Assembly: GCA_040754395.1 (NCBI GenBank)
Contig: JBFMCL010000006.1
Location: forward strand, 35,197-99,196
Reading direction: 5' to 3'
Source of the DNA: Nitrospirota bacterium
Lineage (GTDB): Bacteria; Nitrospirota; Thermodesulfovibrionia; Thermodesulfovibrionales; SM23-35
DNA length: 64,000 nt
Position numbers and translations under genes: made by a program. Below the pieces are notes generated by a model. The model had not been told where the DNA came from and made no database searches. It was given only the letters and a program-made list of their open reading frames with translations. The first letter of the stretch is position 1, and each line of letters opens with the position of its first letter. Positions 19,467 through 28,565 of the stretch are shown here, one piece after another.

Positions 19467-20141
19467 ATGCACAGACCTGTTATCGGAATCACTACAGACA
19501 TTGAAGAACAGCAGGTACAACTGAACCTGACATACTGCGGCGCGGTCACCGCGGCGGGTGGCATTCCTGTGTTGATACCCGCGGCTGGTGACCCAAGGGA
19601 TTATGCTGACAGAATCCAGGGTCTTATGATCCCCGGAGGGAAGGATCTTGACCCTGCCTACTATGGTGAAAAAGCGCTGCCGGAAGTGAATCTGGTCTCA
19701 AGAATACGGAGCGATTATGAAATTGCTCTTTTAGGGGAAATGACGGGACTCTGCAAACCCGTCATGGGGATATGTTACGGCATGCAGCTTATCAATGTTT
19801 TTTTCAACGGATCGCTCTATCAGGATATCGGTGTCCAGCTTCGGGTAGCAATTAATCATAAAAAGGATTATCATACAGTAGTGATAACAGAAAACAGATT
19901 TCTGAGGAAAGGCACGTTTTCTGTGAACAGTACCCATCACCAGGCCATCAGGCATCTTGGGGAAAGTCTTGCCGTCTTCGCACAATCGGAAGATGAGATA
20001 ATTGAAGGTTTTTACAAGGAAGATTATGCTTTTCTTGTCGGTGTGCAGTGGCATCCCGAACGGATGCCGGACGATGAGCTTTCCGTCGCGCTGTTTCATG
20101 CGTTCATTAAGGCATCCGGTGCTTTCCGGCAGGTTTCATGA
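19467..20141 (+). CDS. Peptidase C26 / class I glutamine amidotransferase-like hydrolase (PuuD family)
   Basis: PVIGIT...GICYGMQLINV (nucleophile Cys) ...VQWHPE. Confidence 0.8.
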   Translation: MHRPVIGITTDIEEQQVQLNLTYCGAVTAAGGIPVLIPAAGDPRDYADRIQGLMIPGGKDLDPAYYGEKALPEVNLVSRIRSDYEIALLGEMTGLCKPVMGICYGMQLINVFFNGSLYQDIGVQLRVAINHKKDYHTVVITENRFLRKGTFSVNSTHHQAIRHLGESLAVFAQSEDEIIEGFYKEDYAFLVGVQWHPERMPDDELSVALFHAFIKASGAFRQVS

Positions 20142-20210
20142 TTGGACCATTGGTCCTGGCTCTTTTTGTTTCGGTATTTGAACTGTTTAGACACACGGAA
20201 GGAGGAGAAA

Positions 20211-21332
20211 ATGCTTAACAGAGAGGAACTGAAGGACATTGCAAAAATGCGTGGAGACGGGGCGTTTTTTGTGAGTGTGTTTCTGAATGTCAATCCCATG
20301 ACAAGTGTCAAGAACAACTTTGAGATACATCTCAAGAGCATGATAAAGAAGACATCAGGGGAGCTGGATAAAGCGGTTCTGAAAAAAGTAAGCAGTGATT
20401 TTGAGAAGATCGAGTCATATGTGCTGACCAATAAAAGGATGTTCAAAAAAGGAATTGCCATCATCTGTTCACAGGAGAAGGAATTCTGGAAGGAGTATCA
20501 TCTCTCTGTGCCTCTGAAAAATGATCTCATTGTTGACAATACCCCGTATATCAAGCCTCTCATAGGGGTTCTTGACAACTATCAGCGTTACGCAATAATG
20601 CTCGTCGGAAAGGATCTGGCACGGCTTTTCCTCGTTCATCTTGGTGAGATCGAGGAGTATTCAGAGGTGCATTCTGAGGATGTTCCCGGAAAACACAAGA
20701 AAGGCGGATGGTTCGCGCTTGCGGAAAAAAGCTATGAAAGGCATATTGATTACCATGTCGGCCTTCATCTGAAGGATGTTGTCAGGAAACTTGACGCATT
20801 CCTTTCGGGAGAATATGTGGGACGCCTGATTATCGGGGGATCAGAAGAAGCTGTGGTGAGAGTAAAGGATATGCTCCCCCAGACCGTCGCGGATAAAGTT
20901 ATAGGGACGTTTCAGGCGGAGATGATCGCGAACAATAACGGAGTGCTCGAAAAAGTACAGCCGATTCTCCGGGCATTTGAGGAAAAAGAAGATACAGATA
21001 CCGTAAGCGATCTGCTGACGAGGTCGATGAAAAAGGAAAATGCTGTCATTGGCATAGAAGACGTGCTGAATGCCTTGCAGGAAGGCCGCGTCATGAAGCT
21101 TGTCTTTTTAAAGGATTTCAAGAGGTCGGGTCTTTCGTGCAGGAAATGCGGATATCTTACCGTGCAGAATATCACACAATGCCCTTACTGCAAGGGAGAC
21201 ATAAAGAAAGTGAAGTACATCGTGGATCTCATCGCGCAGAAGGCAGTGGAACAGGGCGCGCTTATTAAAGTCCTCTCAGAAAATGTGCAACTGAAAGAAG
21301 CAGGGAACATCGGTTCTCTTCTGAGGTTCTGA
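20211..21332 (+). CDS. eRF1/Pelota-fold protein (bacterial aeRF1-like) with C-terminal zinc ribbon
   Basis: GGAGGAG SD before the ATG at 20211. FVSVFLNVNP N-terminal block. Central VPGKHKKGGW loop. C-terminal CRKCGY...CPYCKG ribbon and ...GNIGSLLRF end, as in eRF1 domain 3 relatives. Confidence 0.6.
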   Translation: MLNREELKDIAKMRGDGAFFVSVFLNVNPMTSVKNNFEIHLKSMIKKTSGELDKAVLKKVSSDFEKIESYVLTNKRMFKKGIAIICSQEKEFWKEYHLSVPLKNDLIVDNTPYIKPLIGVLDNYQRYAIMLVGKDLARLFLVHLGEIEEYSEVHSEDVPGKHKKGGWFALAEKSYERHIDYHVGLHLKDVVRKLDAFLSGEYVGRLIIGGSEEAVVRVKDMLPQTVADKVIGTFQAEMIANNNGVLEKVQPILRAFEEKEDTDTVSDLLTRSMKKENAVIGIEDVLNALQEGRVMKLVFLKDFKRSGLSCRKCGYLTVQNITQCPYCKGDIKKVKYIVDLIAQKAVEQGALIKVLSENVQLKEAGNIGSLLRF

Positions 21333-21398
21333 GAGGGGAGTTCCCTGTTTATCTGAACACTGTCAGGATATGACCTTCTCAGTTTTGACCGCTATTTC

Positions 21399-23015
21399 AT
21401 GAGCAGGAAGTACCCGAAGATCGGTCCCGGCAGCATATACAGGCTGACCGGTTGTCTGATAGTGGTATTTTCCCTCCTTGCGTGTTCACCGCAGAACAGG
21501 ATCGAGGGGTATGTATACTACAGACTGAATACCAATCCCACGACACTCGATCCGGCATTCATCGTTGACGTAACCGGAGGCGCTATTTCTGCAAAGCTGT
21601 TCAATGGACTTGTCAGAATCGATGATGACCTCAGTATCAGGCCTGACATTGCGGAACGATGGGATGTGTCGAAAGACGGGCTCACCTACACCTTCCATCT
21701 CAGGAAGGGGGTATCATTTTCACACGGACGCCAAGTCAGGGCGGACGATTTCAAGTACTCCTTCGAACGGATACTGAATCCGGAAAAGCCGACACCAAAT
21801 ACATGGGTACTTGAGAGGATTCTTGGTGCCGGTGAGTTCATGAAAGGGAATGCCCGTGACGTCATCGGCATAAGGGTGCTGGATGATTTTACCCTCGAAA
21901 TATGTCTTCGCACGCCGTTTTCTCCGTTTCTCAGCCTCCTTACCATGACAGCTGCATATGTTGTCCCCCGCGAGATAATCGAGCAGAAGGGGTATGATTT
22001 TTCAGGCCACCCGGTCGGAACAGGGCCGTTTGTCATAGACGAATGGATGCCGAACAGGGAAATCAGGCTGATAAAGCGGGACGATTATTTCGACATGCCT
22101 GCAAAGGTTTCAGGGATACTTTACCGGATTGTTCCCGAGGACCTGACCGCGGTGACAGAGTTTGATCTTGGCAATATCGACGTCCTCAGCATCCCTGCTT
22201 CCGAGTATGCAAGATACAGAAATGATCCCTCAAAACAGGACCTTATCTCTCACATGCGTGGATTGAATACTTATTATGTCGGTCTTAACTGTGCGAAACC
22301 TCCTTTTGACAACCCCGTTCTCAGAAAAGCGGTGGCGCATGCAATTGACAGACGGAAAATACTGAATTCCATTTATGAAGGCCGCGGAAGACTGGCGTCA
22401 GGGCCACTGCCTGATGATCTGAGAGCCTGGGATATTTCGTATCCCTATGAATATAATCCGCAGAGGGCCAGAGAATTGATTCAGAAAGAGGGAGCGATTG
22501 GCCGCGGGATAAAATTCTATGTGACCGCAGACCAGGAAATAGTCGATATCGCAGAGGTCATTCAGTCCTATATCGGGGCAGCTGGTCTGAATGTCACGAT
22601 CACGCAGCTCGAGTGGAGTGCATACAAGGAAGCGGTCAATAAGGGAGATCCGGATATCTTCTATCTGAGCTGGTGGGCTGATTATCCGGACCCCGAAAAC
22701 TTTCTTTTCCCGTTATTCCATTCCTCCAATCACGGACCAGCCGGGAACAGGACAAGGTATACCAATACGGCTGTCGACTCTCTGATAGAGCGGGGACAGC
22801 ATACAAGAGATACAAGGAAGAGAAATCTTTATTACCGAAGGGCGGAAGAAATGATTGTTGCTGATGCGCCATGGGTATGTCTGTGGCACAGAAACGATTA
22901 TACGATCAGGCAGCCATGGATAGCGCACTACCGAATTTACCCTGTGTACAGCATGGACAAAGGGACAGAACTTGCGGCCATACCCCGCAGCGTGAAAAGG
23001 GAGGCGAGGAATTAG
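21399..23015 (+). CDS. ABC transporter substrate-binding protein, family 5 (peptide/nickel type)
   Basis: 538 aa. Lipoprotein-like N-terminus (LLAC). TLDPAF..., WADYPDPENFL and other family-5 SBP blocks. Confidence 0.85.
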   Translation: MSRKYPKIGPGSIYRLTGCLIVVFSLLACSPQNRIEGYVYYRLNTNPTTLDPAFIVDVTGGAISAKLFNGLVRIDDDLSIRPDIAERWDVSKDGLTYTFHLRKGVSFSHGRQVRADDFKYSFERILNPEKPTPNTWVLERILGAGEFMKGNARDVIGIRVLDDFTLEICLRTPFSPFLSLLTMTAAYVVPREIIEQKGYDFSGHPVGTGPFVIDEWMPNREIRLIKRDDYFDMPAKVSGILYRIVPEDLTAVTEFDLGNIDVLSIPASEYARYRNDPSKQDLISHMRGLNTYYVGLNCAKPPFDNPVLRKAVAHAIDRRKILNSIYEGRGRLASGPLPDDLRAWDISYPYEYNPQRARELIQKEGAIGRGIKFYVTADQEIVDIAEVIQSYIGAAGLNVTITQLEWSAYKEAVNKGDPDIFYLSWWADYPDPENFLFPLFHSSNHGPAGNRTRYTNTAVDSLIERGQHTRDTRKRNLYYRRAEEMIVADAPWVCLWHRNDYTIRQPWIAHYRIYPVYSMDKGTELAAIPRSVKREARN

Positions 23016-23943
23016 GAATTACCTGATAAAAAAAATCATTCTTCTTATCCCTCTGCTTTTCGGTATTACGCTTCTCACCTTTACACTCACAAAGGCGTTG
23101 CCCGGTGACCCTGTCCTGAGCATGGTAGGGGAGAGGGCACATCCGGAGACCATAGAGAAGATAAGGCGGGAACTCGGTGCAGACAGGAATATCCTCGAAC
23201 AATATACGGGATATGTAACGCTCCTGTTACGCGGAGAGTTCGGCCGTTCGTATTATACAAACAGGGAAGTCTTTGAAGATATCCTCATGAAGTTTCCGAA
23301 TACCCTGAAACTGGCACTGGTCGCAATGATGATTGCGGTTCCTGGAGGATTACTGATGGGTTTCATTGCCGCGGTCAAAAGAGGCAGTGTTGCCGACAGG
23401 GTCATATCCTCGCTTTCAGTCGCGGGATTGAGCATACCCGTATTCTGGAGCGGACTTATGATAATGCTGTTCTTCAGCCTGAAAATGAATCTGTTCCCGC
23501 CATCGGGGACAGGAGATATACGGTTTCTCGTACTGCCTGCCATTACCCTGTCGCTGCCTGCTGTCGGAGCATTATCAAGGATTACGAGAACCACCGTAAT
23601 CGACGTGATGGCCATGCCCTGTATCACCACAGCGAGGGCAAAGGGCGTGAGTAATGTCCGGATACATATCGTCCATATATTGAAAAATGCGTTTATACCT
23701 GTAGTGACCGTCATAGGTCTCGATTTCGCGAGCTATCTGAACGGAGCTGTCCTGACAGAGACGATTTTCGGATGGGATGGCATAGGAAGATTTACCATGG
23801 AAGGAATAATCAGGAGGGACTACCCGGTGATTATGGGGTGTGTGATTACCGGTACGGTATTTTTTGTGCTCATCAATATGACAGTCGATATCATGTATCA
23901 TTACCTTGACCCGAGGATAAGGCTGGATGAAAAAGGCAGGTAA
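23011..23943 (+). CDS. ABC transporter permease (DppB/OppB-like), probable AUU start
   Basis: The frame is open from 22996 and reads IRNYLIKKIILLIPLLFGITLLTFTLTKALPGDP..., the canonical DppB N-terminus/TM1. No ATG is available. GGGAGG lies at 22999-23004, 6 nt before ATT at 23011. The track start (TTG at 23098) would delete TM1. Confidence 0.8.
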   Translation: MRNYLIKKIILLIPLLFGITLLTFTLTKALPGDPVLSMVGERAHPETIEKIRRELGADRNILEQYTGYVTLLLRGEFGRSYYTNREVFEDILMKFPNTLKLALVAMMIAVPGGLLMGFIAAVKRGSVADRVISSLSVAGLSIPVFWSGLMIMLFFSLKMNLFPPSGTGDIRFLVLPAITLSLPAVGALSRITRTTVIDVMAMPCITTARAKGVSNVRIHIVHILKNAFIPVVTVIGLDFASYLNGAVLTETIFGWDGIGRFTMEGIIRRDYPVIMGCVITGTVFFVLINMTVDIMYHYLDPRIRLDEKGR

Positions 23944-24736
23944 GATTTCCTCAGGGATACTTCTGATGATTTTTGTGCTGTCGATATCAGCTCCTTTTAT
24001 CGCAGTCCATGACCCTGACACAATCGATCTCGACAGTCTCAGGGAATCCCCGAGCCTCGAGCATCCGTTTGGCACGGACAGCAAGGGAAGGGATATTTTG
24101 TCGAGGATACTTTACGGAGGAAGGATATCAATGAGCATCGCATTTGCCGCTGCGAGTATTTCAATGGCAATCGGTCTCCTTGTCGGGCTGATATCGGGAT
24201 ATCTGGGCGGCAGGACCGACACCATTCTGATGGCCTTTGTGGATCTCATACTGTCTTTCCCTTCGCTCCTTCTTGCGATAGGAATATCAGTCATTTTCCC
24301 CTCGGGAATCTACACGGTGATGATTGCAATAGCGGCAGTGGGGTGGGCATCCTTTGCGAGAGTTGTAAGGGGACACATCCTTTCACTCAGGGAATCCAGT
24401 TTCGTGGAAGCCGCGGTTTCTGCAGGGTGCAGCAGGATAAGAGTAATGTTCGTGCATCTCATGCCACAGTGCATTCCCCTGATAATCGTGATGATGGGGA
24501 TGAAGATAGGAGGGTATATCATTACAGAGGCATCACTGAGTTTTCTGGGGCTGGGTGCGCAGCCTCCCGCAGCAACGTGGGGATCAATGATCAACGCCAA
24601 CCGGGCTTATATCACGTCAGCGCCATGGATGGTGTTTGCCCCGGGATTCATGATAGCGATCACTGCGCTGTGTTTCAATATCCTGAGCGATACACTGAGA
24701 GACGCGTATGGACTGGACCTGAGACAGAAACAATGA
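23927..24736 (+). CDS. ABC transporter permease (DppC/OppC-like)
   Basis: 269 aa. HPFGTDSKGRDILSRILYG and the EAA-loop region VEAAVSAGCSRIRVMFVHL. Confidence 0.85.
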   Translation: MKKAGKISSGILLMIFVLSISAPFIAVHDPDTIDLDSLRESPSLEHPFGTDSKGRDILSRILYGGRISMSIAFAAASISMAIGLLVGLISGYLGGRTDTILMAFVDLILSFPSLLLAIGISVIFPSGIYTVMIAIAAVGWASFARVVRGHILSLRESSFVEAAVSAGCSRIRVMFVHLMPQCIPLIIVMMGMKIGGYIITEASLSFLGLGAQPPAATWGSMINANRAYITSAPWMVFAPGFMIAITALCFNILSDTLRDAYGLDLRQKQ

Positions 24737-24746
24737 GAGGAATTGC

Positions 24747-25262
24747 CTACTTCTCCATCATCTTTTCTTCCTCTTCCTGCAACGTCTTGCATTCTATGCA
24801 CATGGTCGTTACAGGACGGGCTTCAAGTCTCCGTATATCTATTTCTTCACCGCATTTCTCACATATGCCGAATATTCCGGTGTCGATCCTGTCAACGGCT
24901 TCATCAATCTTTTTCAGGAGTTTGCGTTCCCTTCCCTTAAGGCGAAGCATGAAGTTTCTGTCGATCTCCGCAGTTGCCTGATCTCCAAGATCGGGAAAAA
25001 CGGTCTGTCCCGGCAGTTCGTTCAGTGCTTCCATAGCGCCGGCCAGCAGTGACTTTTTCTGATCAAGGAGGTTCTTCTTAATCTGCTGGACCATATTTTC
25101 CCTCTCGTTCAGCTTTCTTGACGTTGCTTTTGTCTTTACAGACGCTTTGACCGGTTTTTTTCCGGTTGTTTTTTTCACGGGTGTTCTTGTTTTGACAGAT
25201 TTCTGTGCTGTAGTTTTGGTGCGGGATTTCCTGCTCGTTTTCACAGTTTGTTTTTTTGGCAT
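24747..25262 (-). CDS. DksA/TraR-family C4 zinc-finger protein with Lys/Thr-rich N-terminal extension
   Basis: C-terminal CEKCGEEIDIRRLEARPVTTMCIECK. AGGAG SD before the ATG at 25262. Confidence 0.8.
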   Translation of the reverse strand: MPKKQTVKTSRKSRTKTTAQKSVKTRTPVKKTTGKKPVKASVKTKATSRKLNERENMVQQIKKNLLDQKKSLLAGAMEALNELPGQTVFPDLGDQATAEIDRNFMLRLKGRERKLLKKIDEAVDRIDTGIFGICEKCGEEIDIRRLEARPVTTMCIECKTLQEEEEKMMEK

Positions 25263-25347
25263 AAAAACTCCTGTAAATAAAAGATAGTCCAATAACTTAA
25301 CAGAAAAGGCGGCGCTTAGTCAATGGAATGCCGCACGAACATGTGCA

Positions 25348-26115
25348 TTAATGCAGACTGTAAACGATGGGGATTAATATCTGCGCCTCGGCAGGTGGTA
25401 CGGGAAAGGGAGAGGTGTTCCGGACTGCCTCCAGCGCACTCTGGTCAAGAAGTTCCCTGCCCGAACTCTGCTGTATCTTCATTTCTTTTACGGAACCGTT
25501 GGACAGAATCACAAAAGATACCGTAACTTTTCCTTCCCATCCGAAATGTCGCGCTATTTTCGGATATATTGCGTTTTTCTGGATCATATTCTTGATATAT
25601 GAGAAATTCTCTTTCATATACGTCATTTTGCTGTTATGTGAACTGCTGGCTGAAGGAGAGCATTCGAACTGAGCTGACGATTTCGGGGATGGTGTTGCGT
25701 TCAGGGAACCTGCATACGCTGAGACTTCCGGATTATCAGCAAACGAACTGCAGGGATTCTTTGTCCGGTTATTACGAGGAAGGGAAAGATTTTCCTGTTG
25801 CTTTGCGAGAGAATCTTTTTTAATAAATGATTCGGGTTGAATCGGCATTGACGGATGAATGTGGTCGCGCTCACTGTTCCGGTCATCCTGGGGGATCACA
25901 GCTTTCCGGATCTTTTCCTGTACCGGCAAATCGAAATCTTTTTTCCCTCCGGAGAAGGTGCTTCGGGGTGTAACGGTGATTGCATTTTCGAGTGTCAGGT
26001 CAATTACGAATAATTCTTTCTTCTGGAACAAGGAATTACCTGAAAAAAGCAGCCCAAGAATGAGAAGCGAATGAACGCTGACAGACAGAAGTAATGCTAT
26101 GAATTGTGCACTCAT
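25348..26115 (-). CDS. TonB-family protein
   Basis: N-terminal TM helix, low-complexity linker, C-terminal YPKIARHFGWEGKVTVSFVILSNGSV...ALEAVRNTSPFPVPP TonB_C pattern. Confidence 0.75.
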   Translation of the reverse strand: MSAQFIALLLSVSVHSLLILGLLFSGNSLFQKKELFVIDLTLENAITVTPRSTFSGGKKDFDLPVQEKIRKAVIPQDDRNSERDHIHPSMPIQPESFIKKDSLAKQQENLSLPRNNRTKNPCSSFADNPEVSAYAGSLNATPSPKSSAQFECSPSASSSHNSKMTYMKENFSYIKNMIQKNAIYPKIARHFGWEGKVTVSFVILSNGSVKEMKIQQSSGRELLDQSALEAVRNTSPFPVPPAEAQILIPIVYSLH

Positions 26116-26205
26116 GACAGACTCACTGTACTAAAAAACCGCTGCATTTGTCTATGGCGCCGGATATGCCGAAGCGTATCTCCCCGGATACGGTAAAATA
26201 CAGGC

Positions 26206-26976
26206 ATGCAGGATATCGAAAAAGAACTTCGTCTGGCAGCAACGGGAAACAGAGACGACTTGCACTATCTGGTTTACCACCATTCGCCGAAAGTCATCGA
26301 AAAAGTTCTGCTTAACCGGAATCTCACTGAAGACCTTGTGCTCATTCTTGCCGGAAGACGCAATCTGGACAGTGAAATTCTTGAATCCATATATATGAAC
26401 AAGAGATGGCGGGAAAGATACCGCATCATACTTGCGCTTTGCAGAAACCCCAGGACACCGCAAAAGATTTCTGTCTCATTGCTGAAATCACTGCGGATTT
26501 TCGACGTCTCTGATTTAACCAGGAACCATACTGTCCCCGTTGGGGTGAGAATGAAGGCCGAGGCAATGATCAATGAGAAGATGTTATCCCTTCCGTTAGG
26601 CATAAAAAAGGCGCTCGCAAAAAGGGTAAGCGGAAATGTTCTTCTGAGACTTATTGAAGACGGAATGAAAGAAGTGGTTGCATCGTGCCTGAACAGCCCC
26701 TGCATGACCGAAGGCATCGTCTGCAAGGTGCTGAACCTGAAAAAAATCGCATCCCATGTGGTCAGACAGATTGCGGAGCATCCGAAATGGGCTTTGAGGT
26801 ATGACATACAATGGTCCCTTATCCGTAATAACCACGCGCCGCTCGTCAGAGTAGTACACTTCCTCCGTAACATGAAGACGCGTGATCTCGAAGAACTCTA
26901 CTCATCCCCCGAAGTGCCGAAAAGTACGAAGCCGTTTATTTTCAGGGAACTCTCGGACAGGGGAAAAGCAGGATGA
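26206..26976 (+). CDS. Hypothetical alpha-helical repeat protein
   Basis: 256 aa. Recurrent roughly 30-aa helical units containing N-P/N-x-T/P turns (CRNPRTPQKISVSLLKSL, LNRNLTEDLVLILAG, IRNNHAPLVRVVHFL). No function inferred. Confidence 0.55.
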   Translation: MQDIEKELRLAATGNRDDLHYLVYHHSPKVIEKVLLNRNLTEDLVLILAGRRNLDSEILESIYMNKRWRERYRIILALCRNPRTPQKISVSLLKSLRIFDVSDLTRNHTVPVGVRMKAEAMINEKMLSLPLGIKKALAKRVSGNVLLRLIEDGMKEVVASCLNSPCMTEGIVCKVLNLKKIASHVVRQIAEHPKWALRYDIQWSLIRNNHAPLVRVVHFLRNMKTRDLEELYSSPEVPKSTKPFIFRELSDRGKAG

Positions 26977-27005
26977 CAGGCCGGAACCGGTATCCCTATA
27001 ATATG

Positions 27006-28085
27006 TTACACATTAAACCTGAAATTGATGACGTCGCCGTCACTGACCTCATATGTTTTGCCTTCAAGACGCAGCAGGCCTTTTTCCCGTGCAGCCTGGA
27101 TGCTGCCGGAAGCAATCAGGTTATCGAATGAGATAACCTCTGCACGTATAAATCCCCTTTTTATGTCAGTATGAACCTTCCCTGCGGCCTTCTGTGCAGG
27201 GGTGCCTTTTTTTATTGTCCATGATCTCACCTCGTTGCCTGCATAGGTAAAAAAGGATATCAGGCCGAGGCTTCTGAAACACTCGTGGACCAGTCTGCGT
27301 GATGCCGGGATATCCAGCCCCATTTCATCGAGGAACGGTTTTCTGTCCTCAGGAGTAAGCTGTGCTATTTCCATTTCGATCTTTCCGCATAATGCCAGTA
27401 AGGGAAGAGAAGGAAATCGGCCTGTGAGAGAAGACAATGTATCGGTCAGATGATTGGTGCGTACATCTTCTTCTCCAAAATTCAGCACAATAATCACGGG
27501 GACTGTTGAGAGAAACTGCAGATGACTCATCGATCGCAGCTCTTCATCAGAGAACGCCGCATCTCTTAAGGGGATGTCACGGGAGAGCGCGTCTTTGCAT
27601 TTGAGGAGCAGCGATGTTTCGGATTCATCAGGCTTTTTTCCATGTTTTTGCCCTTCCTTTATACGTTCAAGACGTTTTTCAACAAGTTCCATGTCTCCGA
27701 AAATAAGTTCAAGAGCAATGGTCTCAATATCTCTCAAAGGATTGTTTTCTCCCAAGGGATGCGGTACAGAATCATCATGAAATGCCCTCACCACATGGAC
27801 AATTGCATCAGAATCCTTAATCAGGTCAAATACCCTGATATTTTGTTTAAGATCGCCTTTTGTAAGGCCGACAGAATCAACACAATCCATGACTGCATGC
27901 GTGGTTTTCCTGGGAGTGAACAGCCTTGTGAGGCTGTCAAGCCTTTCATCCGGAACCTGTATGATGCCGATATGCGGTTCTCCACCAGATGTCTGATACC
28001 TTGCGGTCTCTCTGTTCTGGCCGGTAATGGCGTTGAAAATCGTGGTTTTCCCGCTGTTTGGCAGTCCGATAATCGATACTTTCAT
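27006..28085 (-). CDS. ychF: Ribosome-binding ATPase YchF
   Basis: MKVSIIGLPNSGKTTIFNAIT G1 motif. C-terminal TGS-like end ...LRLEGKTYEVSDGDVINFRFNV. ATG at 28085 with a GGGGGAAG SD. Confidence 0.9.
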   Translation of the reverse strand: MKVSIIGLPNSGKTTIFNAITGQNRETARYQTSGGEPHIGIIQVPDERLDSLTRLFTPRKTTHAVMDCVDSVGLTKGDLKQNIRVFDLIKDSDAIVHVVRAFHDDSVPHPLGENNPLRDIETIALELIFGDMELVEKRLERIKEGQKHGKKPDESETSLLLKCKDALSRDIPLRDAAFSDEELRSMSHLQFLSTVPVIIVLNFGEEDVRTNHLTDTLSSLTGRFPSLPLLALCGKIEMEIAQLTPEDRKPFLDEMGLDIPASRRLVHECFRSLGLISFFTYAGNEVRSWTIKKGTPAQKAAGKVHTDIKRGFIRAEVISFDNLIASGSIQAAREKGLLRLEGKTYEVSDGDVINFRFNV

Positions 28086-28565
28086 TTCAACTTCCCCCGG
28101 AAAGCGAAAACATACCGTGACCCGTCCGGAAAGGTCTATGCAGGGTACCGTATGACAGGCCTTCCGTGTTCCTCTTCTAAATTCTGCATACATTGCAGTG
28201 ATATTTCAAGCCCGAATACCGCAAAAAAAACAGAGCAAGTCTGGCGATGCAATCTTAGTGTCATAGCGCGAGATTGCCACGTATCTGATCCATCCGGCCT
28301 CTCGATAAAAAGTGCATATGTATTGAAGAAATCATGGGAGGAAGCGATTCTATAATCTTCATGATGGTATCTGTGTGCCCTTTTCTGCGTACCAGGGATG
28401 GCTGACGGAGAGAATAGGGAAAAAGACGAAAAGAGTTATTCCCATGGGATGTGAAGAGCCTGAATAAATAATGCGGAAGACGTGGAGTATGATAGAATAA
28501 TGATAAACAGTTTTCAGGAATTGCCATAATATGATCCCAATACCAACGTGTCAACAGGAGGAAAA

